Origin: an uncultured Spirochaetia bacterium
Lineage (GTDB): Bacteria > Spirochaetota > Spirochaetia > JABEVK01
DNA length: 64,000 bases
Direction of reading: 5' to 3'
Assembly: GCA_937960645.1 (NCBI GenBank)
Contig: CALGPJ010000012.1
Span: 2,702 to 66,701 of the forward strand
How positions within the stretch are numbered: the first letter of the stretch is position 1; the number at the start of each line of letters is the position of its first letter. Of the stretch, positions 26,643 to 34,691 are shown one piece after another. The translations under genes and the position numbers were made by a program. The notes under the pieces were generated by a model. It did not search any database and was not told the origin of the DNA. It was given only the letters and a program-made list of their open reading frames with translations.

Positions 26643-27572
26643 ATGAAGGTCCTCCTTGCCTCTTCCAGTGCGATCGCCCTGCCTACCGCACAGGCCCTCG
26701 AGACAAGGGGCTGGCTAAAAGCCGTTCTGACATCCCCACCCGCTCCCGCAGGACGAGGCAAGATCCTTACCCCCAACCCCATCGAGGAATTCGCTCACCA
26801 ACACAACATCCCTGCCCTGAAACCGGAGAGGCTGGGTTCCGAGGCCCGTGCGCAGGTTGAGGAACTCCACTGTGATGTCCTCGTTTCTTTTTCGTATGGG
26901 CGGATTTTCGGCCCGAAGTTCCTGGCTGTTTTTCCGCTTGGCGGAGTGAATCTCCACCCGAGCCTTCTCCCCCGCCACCGCGGACCGGCGCCGGCAGTGG
27001 CTACCATCCTCAGTGGCGATCCTGAAGCAGGATTGACCCTGCAGACCCTGGCCCTGGAAGTGGACAGCGGCGATATTCTGTTGCAAACCCGTTGGCCCCT
27101 GGACGGGCGAGAGACGGCGGCGGACATTTTGGAACGCAGTTCCCGGGAGGCCCCTAAAATCCTCCTCGACGCACTGGAGAACTGGCGGAGGGTTTGGGAA
27201 GAGCGAAGGCCTCAGAACCACGAAGAGGCGACCTGGTCGCGACTTTTGGAAAAATCCGAGGGGCTTTTGGTCTGGAGCCAGGACGCCGAAGGCCTGGATC
27301 GGCGCATCCGTGCCTGCATCCCCTGGCCCGGGGCCTACACCTTCCTCGGGGGACGCCGCCTTTTGATTTGGGAGGCCATCCCGGACCCCCAGGCACCCCT
27401 CCGTGACGTACCCGGCAAGGTCCTGGGTCTAGACAAGGCGAGTGGGATTCGGGTACAAACAGGTAAGGGCCATCTCTTGATCAGATCCCTTCAATGGGAG
27501 GGGAAAAAGAAGCTCGATTACCTGAGCTTTTGGAACGGGCTTCGAGATGTCTCAACAACGATATTGGGGTAA
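26643..27572 (+). CDS. fmt: methionyl-tRNA formyltransferase
   Basis: NLHPSLLPRHRGPAP. The ATG directly follows the def stop. Confidence 0.9.
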   Translation: MKVLLASSSAIALPTAQALETRGWLKAVLTSPPAPAGRGKILTPNPIEEFAHQHNIPALKPERLGSEARAQVEELHCDVLVSFSYGRIFGPKFLAVFPLGGVNLHPSLLPRHRGPAPAVATILSGDPEAGLTLQTLALEVDSGDILLQTRWPLDGRETAADILERSSREAPKILLDALENWRRVWEERRPQNHEEATWSRLLEKSEGLLVWSQDAEGLDRRIRACIPWPGAYTFLGGRRLLIWEAIPDPQAPLRDVPGKVLGLDKASGIRVQTGKGHLLIRSLQWEGKKKLDYLSFWNGLRDVSTTILG

Positions 27573-27574
27573 GC

Positions 27575-28633
27575 ATGAATCGTTTTTTAAGCTTCTTCCA
27601 TCATCTCTGGAAGAACGTGGTGATTACTTCGGAAGATGACGATCGAACGGTTTATTTCAAACGCTCCCTTTACGCCATCTTCGGTATGATGGTCGTCAGT
27701 TTCGTCACCGCCGTCAGCGTCTTTTTCGTGTTTCTTGAAGGCGAAGAAGATGTGGTCGTCCCCAATTTGTTGGGCGCCCCGCTTCAACAGGCCCTCCGGT
27801 CCCTCAACGAAAAGAATCTTTACCCCGTCTATCGTGAGGACCTGAATCGAGCTGACCAGGAAAGTTGGGACAGGGTCGTGTTTCAGGATCCGCCCGGCGG
27901 TCAAATCGTCAAACAGGGACGGCGGGTGGTGATCACGGTTGGGCGCCCGCCCATTTCTGACAGGGTACCCGATTTCCGGGGGCAAACCCTCGATCAGGCC
28001 AAAGACACCATCCTGGAGTTCAACCGCAAATACGCCCAGACCGGCGGCAGCATCTCCCTCGTCATCCAAGAGCCCGTGACGTTTTTGCGCAACAACGCGC
28101 CCCGGCTGACGATACTTCAACAATCTCCGGCACCGGGGGCTGATATCTTTTCCAAAACCGAATTGGTCTTTGTCGTAAGTGACGGTCCCAGCGGACCTCT
28201 GATCAAAATTCCTAATCTTGTCGGAAAAAACTTCCAGGATGCCCTGACAGAACTCGAAAATCTGGAAGCAGCTTACTTCGTTACCGTCAGGGAGGCGGGG
28301 CCCGGTCAAACTCCGGGGAACGTCATCGCCCAGTCCCCCCAGCCAGGATCCGAAATCGGCGCCCGTGGGATGGTCGAGCTCGTGATCGCCAAACCCACCC
28401 GGCTTCCGGCCAACACCTTTTTCGGAGTAGTGGAACTGTCGTTGAGGTCCGAACCCATCCCCATAAAACTCACCCTGAGTGCCCGGTTGCCGAGCGGGGA
28501 AATCAAGGTGCTGTCGCAGATGAATCATCCTGGCGGACAGGTCAGGATTCCCTACATCACCGAAAGGGGAACGGAATTGATCTTGCAGAGGTTCTCGGAA
28601 ACGATTTGGACCAGGACTGTCATTTCCGAGTAA
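27575..28633 (+). CDS. membrane-anchored stand-alone PASTA-domain protein (3 PASTA repeats)
   Basis: Start at ATG 27575 (Met28 of the ORF-track ORF). TM helix IFGMMVVSFVTAVSVFFVF. PASTA starts at VPNLLGAPLQQAL, VPDFRGQTLDQAK and IPNLVGKNFQDAL. No kinase or transpeptidase domain. Confidence 0.7.
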   Translation: MNRFLSFFHHLWKNVVITSEDDDRTVYFKRSLYAIFGMMVVSFVTAVSVFFVFLEGEEDVVVPNLLGAPLQQALRSLNEKNLYPVYREDLNRADQESWDRVVFQDPPGGQIVKQGRRVVITVGRPPISDRVPDFRGQTLDQAKDTILEFNRKYAQTGGSISLVIQEPVTFLRNNAPRLTILQQSPAPGADIFSKTELVFVVSDGPSGPLIKIPNLVGKNFQDALTELENLEAAYFVTVREAGPGQTPGNVIAQSPQPGSEIGARGMVELVIAKPTRLPANTFFGVVELSLRSEPIPIKLTLSARLPSGEIKVLSQMNHPGGQVRIPYITERGTELILQRFSETIWTRTVISE

Positions 28634-29313
28634 TCTGGGTCGATGAATGTCCATCGACGATGGACCTGGCACGGGAGGGAGCTCTTCGGGGAGATCCCGA
28701 GGGAACGGTCTACGGCACAGATTATCAAAGTCAGGGACGCGGGCGCTTTGCCGACCGCAAGTGGCTCACCCCGCCCGGGTGTGCCCTCACTTTCACCCTT
28801 CTCGTGCGTCCCCCCTTTCCCGGCTTTCCCCTTAGCCTGCGCAGCGCCCTCGGTGTTGCCCTCTGGCTCGAGGCACTGGGCCTGACGCCGAAAATCAAGT
28901 GGCCCAACGATGTTCTTGTCAAAGACCGAAAAATTTCCGGGATATTGGTCGAATCGACTCAAAACTATGCCGGGATCGGTATCGGGATCAACATCCTCCA
29001 GGCCCCGCCATCCGCACACCTGCGAACTCCGGCCACCTTTTTGGCCGAACACATCGACAATGTGGCCCCGCCTCGGGACCACCTCGAAGCCTTTCTGGGT
29101 TATTTGAGCCATTCCCTCACCTGTGCCGATGCCCGAGAACAAACCGAAGCGCGGTTAGCCTGGCGGGGGGACTGGCTGGAAATCCTGGAGGGTGAAGGTA
29201 CCAAATGCTGCCGGGCGCACGTTCGGGGTGTGGATGACAGCGGGGGTCTGATATACGAGGCCGAGGGGCAGATCAGGACGCTCGTGAGTGGGGAGGTCCG
29301 TAGACCAGTCTAG
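28606..29313 (+). CDS. birA: biotin--[acetyl-CoA-carboxylase] ligase (group I, no HTH)
   Basis: QSQGRGRFADRKW, KWPNDVLVKDRKISGILVE. Confidence 0.85.
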   Translation: MDQDCHFRVIWVDECPSTMDLAREGALRGDPEGTVYGTDYQSQGRGRFADRKWLTPPGCALTFTLLVRPPFPGFPLSLRSALGVALWLEALGLTPKIKWPNDVLVKDRKISGILVESTQNYAGIGIGINILQAPPSAHLRTPATFLAEHIDNVAPPRDHLEAFLGYLSHSLTCADAREQTEARLAWRGDWLEILEGEGTKCCRAHVRGVDDSGGLIYEAEGQIRTLVSGEVRRPV

Positions 29314-30556
29314 CCACGGCCCCGCCGCTGGACCGGTTTTCCAGCTCTAAATGAACGCCGGTCGGTTCCAAAAGCTCACGGATGAGTCGCAGCCCCAGCC
29401 CGGAACCGGGCTGGGAAGATTCGGTGTGTTCCTGCAGGTTCAAAACCTCCGGCGGGAACCCTGGACCCTCGTCCTCGATCTCGGTCACCCAGTTGCCATT
29501 GAAACGCTCCACGTGAATATGAATCCTGGTCCTGGGCGGGCTGTTTTTGATCGCGTTGTGCACCAGGTTCCGGACCACGATCTCGTACAGCATGGGGTCC
29601 CAGCGCAGTGAGTCTCCTTTGATATCAATCTCCAACGAGATCGCCTTTTGAATCAGAAGGTCACTCCAGAGCGACCTTACTTTTTCCAGGATGTCTCTGG
29701 GTAAAAAGTCCTTAAGTTCGACGGCCGGGTTTTGTCCACGGGACTTGGCCCAGACCACGAGCCCCTCCAAAAGCTCGTAGCTGCGTTCCAGGTTGTGACC
29801 CAGCTGCTCAAGATCGCTTTTGATCTCGTCTTTTGTAAATTGATCCCAGCGGCGGACCAGCCAGTTGACGAGTTGATAGCTGCTACCCAGGCTGTTGCGC
29901 AGGTCGTGGCCCAGCACGGAGAGTACCTGGTTTTTGAATTGAAGGTTTTGACGATTGACCACCAGCTCCTCTACCTGGCGGCGCTGAACAGTGTAGAGGT
30001 GATGACTCACAAACAACCCGACCGGAACAAAAAACGCTCCCCCCATCACATACGAGATCTGATGGAAAAAGTTGGGATGGTGATAAAAGTACCAATGGAT
30101 TGCCGCCAAAAATCCCACATAGTGAGGAAGGATCCACAGAGCGGCCTTGTTCCAGGGAAGGTAGTAGGCATAAGGCAGAAAGACCATGCTCAAATACCAT
30201 GCGACATTTTGGGTATTGTATTTTAAAGTTTCCAATGAGTAGGTGATTGATGTGAGGCTCATCACCACAAAAAAAAGGCCTAACATCCAACCAGGAAGCA
30301 GGCCGCCTTTCTGGATAAAAAGAACGACGGCGAGGGCCGTGAAGGAGGAGATCAATAAAAAGAAATTTTCCACCAGGCCCAAATCCGAAAGGAATTTTAA
30401 TAAAAACAAAGCAATTTTGATGGAAATGTAAAGTAAGTTGTATAGGATAGTGACTAGTGCAACTTTTTTGAGATTATGGAGCCGATTTTGATGTAGACGA
30501 ATTTCTACCTCGTTCTGATCATAAAATTTGTTTGCCATCGACAACATGTTACCCAA
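29273..30556 (-). CDS. multi-pass membrane sensor histidine kinase (orphan)
   Basis: About 6 TM helices, H-box SVLGHDLRNSL, and an ATPase domain with NAIKNSPP, DEGPGF and GSGLGLRLI. The start is ambiguous (TTG 30556, ATG 30547 or 30538). Its 3-prime end overlaps birA convergently by 41 nt. Confidence 0.8.
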   Translation of the reverse strand: MGNMLSMANKFYDQNEVEIRLHQNRLHNLKKVALVTILYNLLYISIKIALFLLKFLSDLGLVENFFLLISSFTALAVVLFIQKGGLLPGWMLGLFFVVMSLTSITYSLETLKYNTQNVAWYLSMVFLPYAYYLPWNKAALWILPHYVGFLAAIHWYFYHHPNFFHQISYVMGGAFFVPVGLFVSHHLYTVQRRQVEELVVNRQNLQFKNQVLSVLGHDLRNSLGSSYQLVNWLVRRWDQFTKDEIKSDLEQLGHNLERSYELLEGLVVWAKSRGQNPAVELKDFLPRDILEKVRSLWSDLLIQKAISLEIDIKGDSLRWDPMLYEIVVRNLVHNAIKNSPPRTRIHIHVERFNGNWVTEIEDEGPGFPPEVLNLQEHTESSQPGSGLGLRLIRELLEPTGVHLELENRSSGGAVARLVYGPPHSRAS

Positions 30557-30577
30557 TTACTGCAAAAAAACAAGATG

Positions 30578-31432
30578 CTAAAACAAAAATTCGGTAAAAC
30601 TGAAATTTCCTCGAAACACGTAACGGATGGGAACCATGACCCGGTTTCGTTGACGGGACAGATCCACATGGACAAAGTACGGATGGTCCTGGATTCTGAC
30701 CACCACGTCCTCGTCGATCAGGCCGTTGAGATAGGCTGCCTGGGCCGCCAGGGACGCCAGCACCACCGTATCGGGCTCCTGCGCGGCAGGTCGGTACTCG
30801 AGGTGCAACAACCGGGGAGAGGCCAGCTGGACCACCGTGGGTAAATAGGGTCCCTGCCGAAGACGAAATACCGCCCGTTTCCAGGGGCCGATGCGGTCAA
30901 GCTCCAGCTCGGGTTGGAAAAAGATCAGGGCCTTCTGCCTCTCTCCTTCCAGAAAAGTGCCCTGCAGGGCCCAGGCGCCTTCGAGAAAGGTACGATGCCC
31001 CAATTCTTCGTTTTGGAGGGCAGGTCTCTTTCGGGACGTGGCGAAATTCAAGTCCACGGCCATGCTGAGGCTGTCGATAGGATGGATTCGGTACACCTGC
31101 GAATCCCAGGTAAATGTGAACGCTGTGGGGCCATACCTGGCCCCGTCCCGCAAATACTTGGCCGCGCAGAGCAAGGAGGGGTAGTTGGGTACAGAATCGG
31201 GCCGCCCCGGCCGATAAAGGCTCGCTCGGACGTCCCCCTCGTGCGAGGTCAAAACCAATAGACCACAGGCGCCCACTCCGGTCCGACGAGGGCATACCTG
31301 ACGCGCTGCCTCGTGTAAATCCTCCGCGGTAGGAACCACGCGTTGCTCGGTCTGGTCCCACAGGAGAAAGTCCAATTGACCGCAGGCGAGTTTGATGAAA
31401 TCGAGGCTCGAGGGAAGTCCCGAATCAGACAC
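30578..31432 (-). CDS. diaminopimelate-epimerase-fold protein lacking both catalytic cysteines (DapF-like)
   Basis: FIKLACGQLDFLLWD matches FSKMHGLGNDFMVVD, and GVGACGLLVL matches GVGFDQLLVV. The positions of E. coli Cys73 and Cys217 read Asn83 and Thr222 in my by-eye alignment. Confidence 0.6.
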   Translation of the reverse strand: MSDSGLPSSLDFIKLACGQLDFLLWDQTEQRVVPTAEDLHEAARQVCPRRTGVGACGLLVLTSHEGDVRASLYRPGRPDSVPNYPSLLCAAKYLRDGARYGPTAFTFTWDSQVYRIHPIDSLSMAVDLNFATSRKRPALQNEELGHRTFLEGAWALQGTFLEGERQKALIFFQPELELDRIGPWKRAVFRLRQGPYLPTVVQLASPRLLHLEYRPAAQEPDTVVLASLAAQAAYLNGLIDEDVVVRIQDHPYFVHVDLSRQRNRVMVPIRYVFRGNFSFTEFLF

Positions 31433-32765
31433 CGAAAAACTCGCGGTGGACCCGCCTCAGGGCCTCTGCCAGGTCCGATTCGTTCATGACCAAACTGAGA
31501 TTGGTTTCCGAAGCCCCAAGGCTCACCAGGTGGACGGTCATCTCACCCAGGGCTTGAAAAACGCGTCCCAATTCCCGGCCGCAGGTCCAGGCCCGTGGCC
31601 CCACCAGACAGAGAATGCCGGCGTCGCTTTGCACATTGACGTTCCCCAGGCGCTCCAGGTCCTCGATGACTTGCCGCGCCTCCTCTTTTCTGTCTACGGA
31701 GACCGAAACGCTCACCTCACTGGTGGCTACCAGGTCGACGGCAATTCGGTGATTGCGGAAAATATCGAAGATTCGCGCCATGAAGCCGTGGGCGTTGAGC
31801 ATCCGAGAGCTGGTGACGGAGATGATGACGGCGTTTTTCTTGATGGCAAAGGCACGGGGGCCTCGGTGGGGGGTCTCCGGCAGGATGACGGTACCCGGGT
31901 GGTCGGGGTTCTTGGTGTTCTTGACCCAAACAGGGATTTTTTTGTCCACGGCAGGTTGGATGGTGGCCGGGTGGATGACCTTGGCCCCAAAATAGGAGAG
32001 CTCGGCGGCCTCGGCGTAGGAAATCTCGGGAATGGTCCGCGCCTGGGGGACGATCCGCGGATCGGTGGTGAGGATGCCATCCACGTCGGTCCAGATTTCA
32101 ACGGCCTCGGCCCCGAGAGCCGAGCCGAAGATGGAGGCCGAGTAGTCGGAGCCGCCTCGGCCGAGGATGGTCATCACCCCGTCGGTAGTACTCCCGATGA
32201 AGCCCTGGGTGATGAGGATGCGCCCGGGCCTGGCGTGGATTCCCCGAGCGATTTTTTCGTTGGTGGGACCGAAGAGCACCGCGGCCTCGTTGAAGTGATC
32301 GTCGGTGACGATGAAGTGCCGCGCATCGAGGAGCTCTGCCTCGTAACCCAATTGGCAACATCGCCCCCAAAGCAGGCGGGTGCTCAAAAGCTCTCCACTG
32401 CCCACAACAGCGTCGTAGACCCGGGGACTGCACTCCCCCAGAAGAATCATGCCCCGGGTCAGGCTTCCGACCTCCTGCCAGACATCTTCCAGAAGTTGTT
32501 GGGTCCGATTTCGAATTTCGCCCTCGGTCTGCTCCAGCAACACATTCGTGTGACGTGCTTTTAACTTCTCCAAAAGATCCATGGCAGCCGCCTCCTGTCC
32601 GGAGGAAGCCAATTCCGTCAAGCGGATGAGATCGTTGGTGACCCCGGACATGGCGGAACTCACCACAAGAGGGGCCTTGTCCAGGACCCTGGCCACGATG
32701 GCCAGAGCCTGATTTTGGCTGGCAGAGTCCTGAACGCTGGTACCGCCAAACTTGAGAACGATCAT
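31425..32765 (-). CDS. lysC: aspartate kinase
   Basis: MIVLKFGGTSV, GRGGSDYSA, C-terminal ACT region. Confidence 0.9.
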   Translation of the reverse strand: MIVLKFGGTSVQDSASQNQALAIVARVLDKAPLVVSSAMSGVTNDLIRLTELASSGQEAAAMDLLEKLKARHTNVLLEQTEGEIRNRTQQLLEDVWQEVGSLTRGMILLGECSPRVYDAVVGSGELLSTRLLWGRCCQLGYEAELLDARHFIVTDDHFNEAAVLFGPTNEKIARGIHARPGRILITQGFIGSTTDGVMTILGRGGSDYSASIFGSALGAEAVEIWTDVDGILTTDPRIVPQARTIPEISYAEAAELSYFGAKVIHPATIQPAVDKKIPVWVKNTKNPDHPGTVILPETPHRGPRAFAIKKNAVIISVTSSRMLNAHGFMARIFDIFRNHRIAVDLVATSEVSVSVSVDRKEEARQVIEDLERLGNVNVQSDAGILCLVGPRAWTCGRELGRVFQALGEMTVHLVSLGASETNLSLVMNESDLAEALRRVHREFFGV

Positions 32766-33805
32766 CGTTTAACGTACCCCAATTCCACCAGGGCTTCCGC
32801 ATTCAGGATGGCCGCCCCGGCAGCCCCACGAATGGTATTGTGCCCCAGGATGGTCATCTTGACATCGAACAGAGGACAGGGCCGCACCCGTCCCACCATG
32901 CAGGCCATGCCGCCCTGGTTGTCCACATCGCGCAGCGGCTGGGGTCGGTCGGGTTCGGGAAGCACCACCACCGGACGCATGGGAGCGAACGGCAGTTTTT
33001 TCTCCTGGGGCAAGCCCCGAAAGTCTTGCAAGGCGGACACCACGTCTTCCAGCGAAGAGGGTTTTTGGTCAAACTCGATGCTCAAACTTTCCGTGTGGCC
33101 CTCGATCACAGGAACACGATTGCAGGATGCGCTTACCCGGAAAGATGCCATTTCGATTTGACCGTTCACCAGTTTGCCCAGGATCTTTTGCGGCTCGGTC
33201 TGCATCTTTTCCTCTTCGTCGGAAATGTAGGGGACGACGTTGCCCAGAATGTCCCAACTGGGCACGCCGGGGTAACCGGCCCCGCTGATGGCCTGGAGGG
33301 TGGTAACCATTACCCTTCGAACCCCCCAACGGCGGTGAAGGGGGTAAAGCGCCATGGCCAGAAACATGGTCGAGCAATTGGAATTGGTGACGATCTTTCC
33401 GGAGGTTGGCTGACGATGGACCAATTCGAAGTGGTCTGGGTTGATTTCGGGGATGACCAGGGGCACGTCGGCATCCATCCGGTGGTTCTTGCTGTTGGAG
33501 ATCACCCAATGTCCCTTCTGCGCGTATCGGCTCTCGGCCTCCCCAGCCACCGAGCTGTCCAAACCGGAAAAAAGAACGGGGGATTGAAGATCCTGATCGA
33601 GGTCCTGGACGATCAGATCCGCGACCGAGTCGGGGATGGGGGTGTTTTGTTTCCACTGGGCCGCCTGCCTGTAGGTTTTCCCGCTGGATCGGGTCGAGGC
33701 AACCAGTTCCCTGACCTCGAACCAGGGGTGTCCTTCGAGGAGTTTGACGAATTTCTGACCGACAGCTCCGGTCGCACCGAGGATGGCCACAGGAATTTTT
33801 TTCAT
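32762..33805 (-). CDS. asd: aspartate-semialdehyde dehydrogenase
   Basis: MKKIPVAILGATGAVGQ and active-site SNCSTM. Start set at ATG 33805 (Met13 of the ORF-track ORF). Confidence 0.9.
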   Translation of the reverse strand: MKKIPVAILGATGAVGQKFVKLLEGHPWFEVRELVASTRSSGKTYRQAAQWKQNTPIPDSVADLIVQDLDQDLQSPVLFSGLDSSVAGEAESRYAQKGHWVISNSKNHRMDADVPLVIPEINPDHFELVHRQPTSGKIVTNSNCSTMFLAMALYPLHRRWGVRRVMVTTLQAISGAGYPGVPSWDILGNVVPYISDEEEKMQTEPQKILGKLVNGQIEMASFRVSASCNRVPVIEGHTESLSIEFDQKPSSLEDVVSALQDFRGLPQEKKLPFAPMRPVVVLPEPDRPQPLRDVDNQGGMACMVGRVRPCPLFDVKMTILGHNTIRGAAGAAILNAEALVELGYVKR

Positions 33806-33841
33806 GATGATGAGCCTAATCGAGGCCCCTGCCCTTGTCAA
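33806..33841 (-). promoter_or_regulatory. sigma-70-type promoter abutting the asd ATG (predicted leaderless)
   Basis: The minus strand reads TTGACA-N17-TAGGCT-catcatc-ATG. There is no SD. Confidence 0.5.
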
Positions 33842-33869
33842 TCTTGGGTTTAAAATCTACAAAATCATT
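33835..33869 (+). promoter_or_regulatory. candidate promoter abutting the punA ATG (predicted leaderless)
   Basis: TTGTCA-N17-TACAAA-atcatt-ATG. The -10 is weak because it ends in A. The -35 overlaps the asd -35. Confidence 0.4.
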
Positions 33870-34691
33870 ATGAACAGCGACTACACTCAGCAAATCAAAA
33901 GAGCCGCCGAATGGTTGAGTCAGAAAACCGAGCACCGGCCCAAACTGGGGATCGTTCTGGGATCGGGCCTTTCGGAGGTTGCCGATGGCTTTCGTGGAGT
34001 AGACATTCCTTACCGTGACATACCCGGTTTTCCCGTCTCCACGGTGAGCGGGCACAAGGGGATGATGCGCATCACCCCCGAGGTGATGATCATGATCGGC
34101 CGGGTCCATTACTACGAAGGTTGGGCGTTGACCGATGTGGTCCTGCCGCTCTTCGTCATGCACGCCTTCGGGGTCAAAAAGCTGATCATCACCAATGCCG
34201 CGGGCGCGGTGACCCCGCAGCTCAAGCCAGCCAGCCTGGTCCTCATTCGGGATCATATCAATCTGATGGGTACCAACCCCTTCATCGGTGCCAACGACCC
34301 AGAGCTGGGACCGCGGTTTTTCGACATGACCCGAGTCTGGGACCACGAAATGCGGATTCAGGCCCAGGAGGTCGCCCGCGCCCAGTTGTCGAAGCGCTAC
34401 CCCCTGCCGGAGGGAGTTTACGCCGCTCTGCCGGGCCCCAACTACGAGACTCCCGCCGAAATCCGAATGCTCCAGGTCCTGGGGGCCGATCTGGTAGGGA
34501 TGAGCACCGTCCCCGAGGCCCTCGCGGCAGCCTACCTGAACATGAAAGCCCTGGGAATCAGCTGTGTCACCAATTTAGGGGCCGGTTTATCGCAGGGGCC
34601 GCTCAATCACGAGGAAGTCGTCGAAGTCGGAAAAATCGTGGAACGGGATATGCAGACCCTGATCCAGGGACTTGTTGCCCGTCTGCAATGA
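33870..34691 (+). CDS. punA: purine nucleoside phosphorylase (trimeric PNP/PunA type)
   Basis: GIVLGSGL, GHKGMM, HYYEGW, ITNAAG, GMSTVPE. Start at ATG 33870 (Met30 of the ORF-track ORF). Confidence 0.85.
   Translation: MNSDYTQQIKRAAEWLSQKTEHRPKLGIVLGSGLSEVADGFRGVDIPYRDIPGFPVSTVSGHKGMMRITPEVMIMIGRVHYYEGWALTDVVLPLFVMHAFGVKKLIITNAAGAVTPQLKPASLVLIRDHINLMGTNPFIGANDPELGPRFFDMTRVWDHEMRIQAQEVARAQLSKRYPLPEGVYAALPGPNYETPAEIRMLQVLGADLVGMSTVPEALAAAYLNMKALGISCVTNLGAGLSQGPLNHEEVVEVGKIVERDMQTLIQGLVARLQ

Noticed and set aside
31392-33853. Long plus-strand ORFs 31392..32564 and 32840..33853
   Set aside because: They are antisense to lysC and asd, which have textbook motifs. Their translations are Gly/Asp/Val/His-rich and typical of GC-rich reverse frames.
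33806-33869. Lysine riboswitch (L-box) ahead of asd-lysC
   Set aside because: The spacer is only 64 bp and is fully accounted for by two promoters, which is too short for an L-box.
34121-34687. 189-codon N-terminal extension of the helicase ORF (993-aa version)
   Set aside because: It overlaps punA in another frame and translates to Pro/Arg/Gly-rich nonsense. ATG 34688 overlaps the punA stop and starts the JAB domain cleanly.
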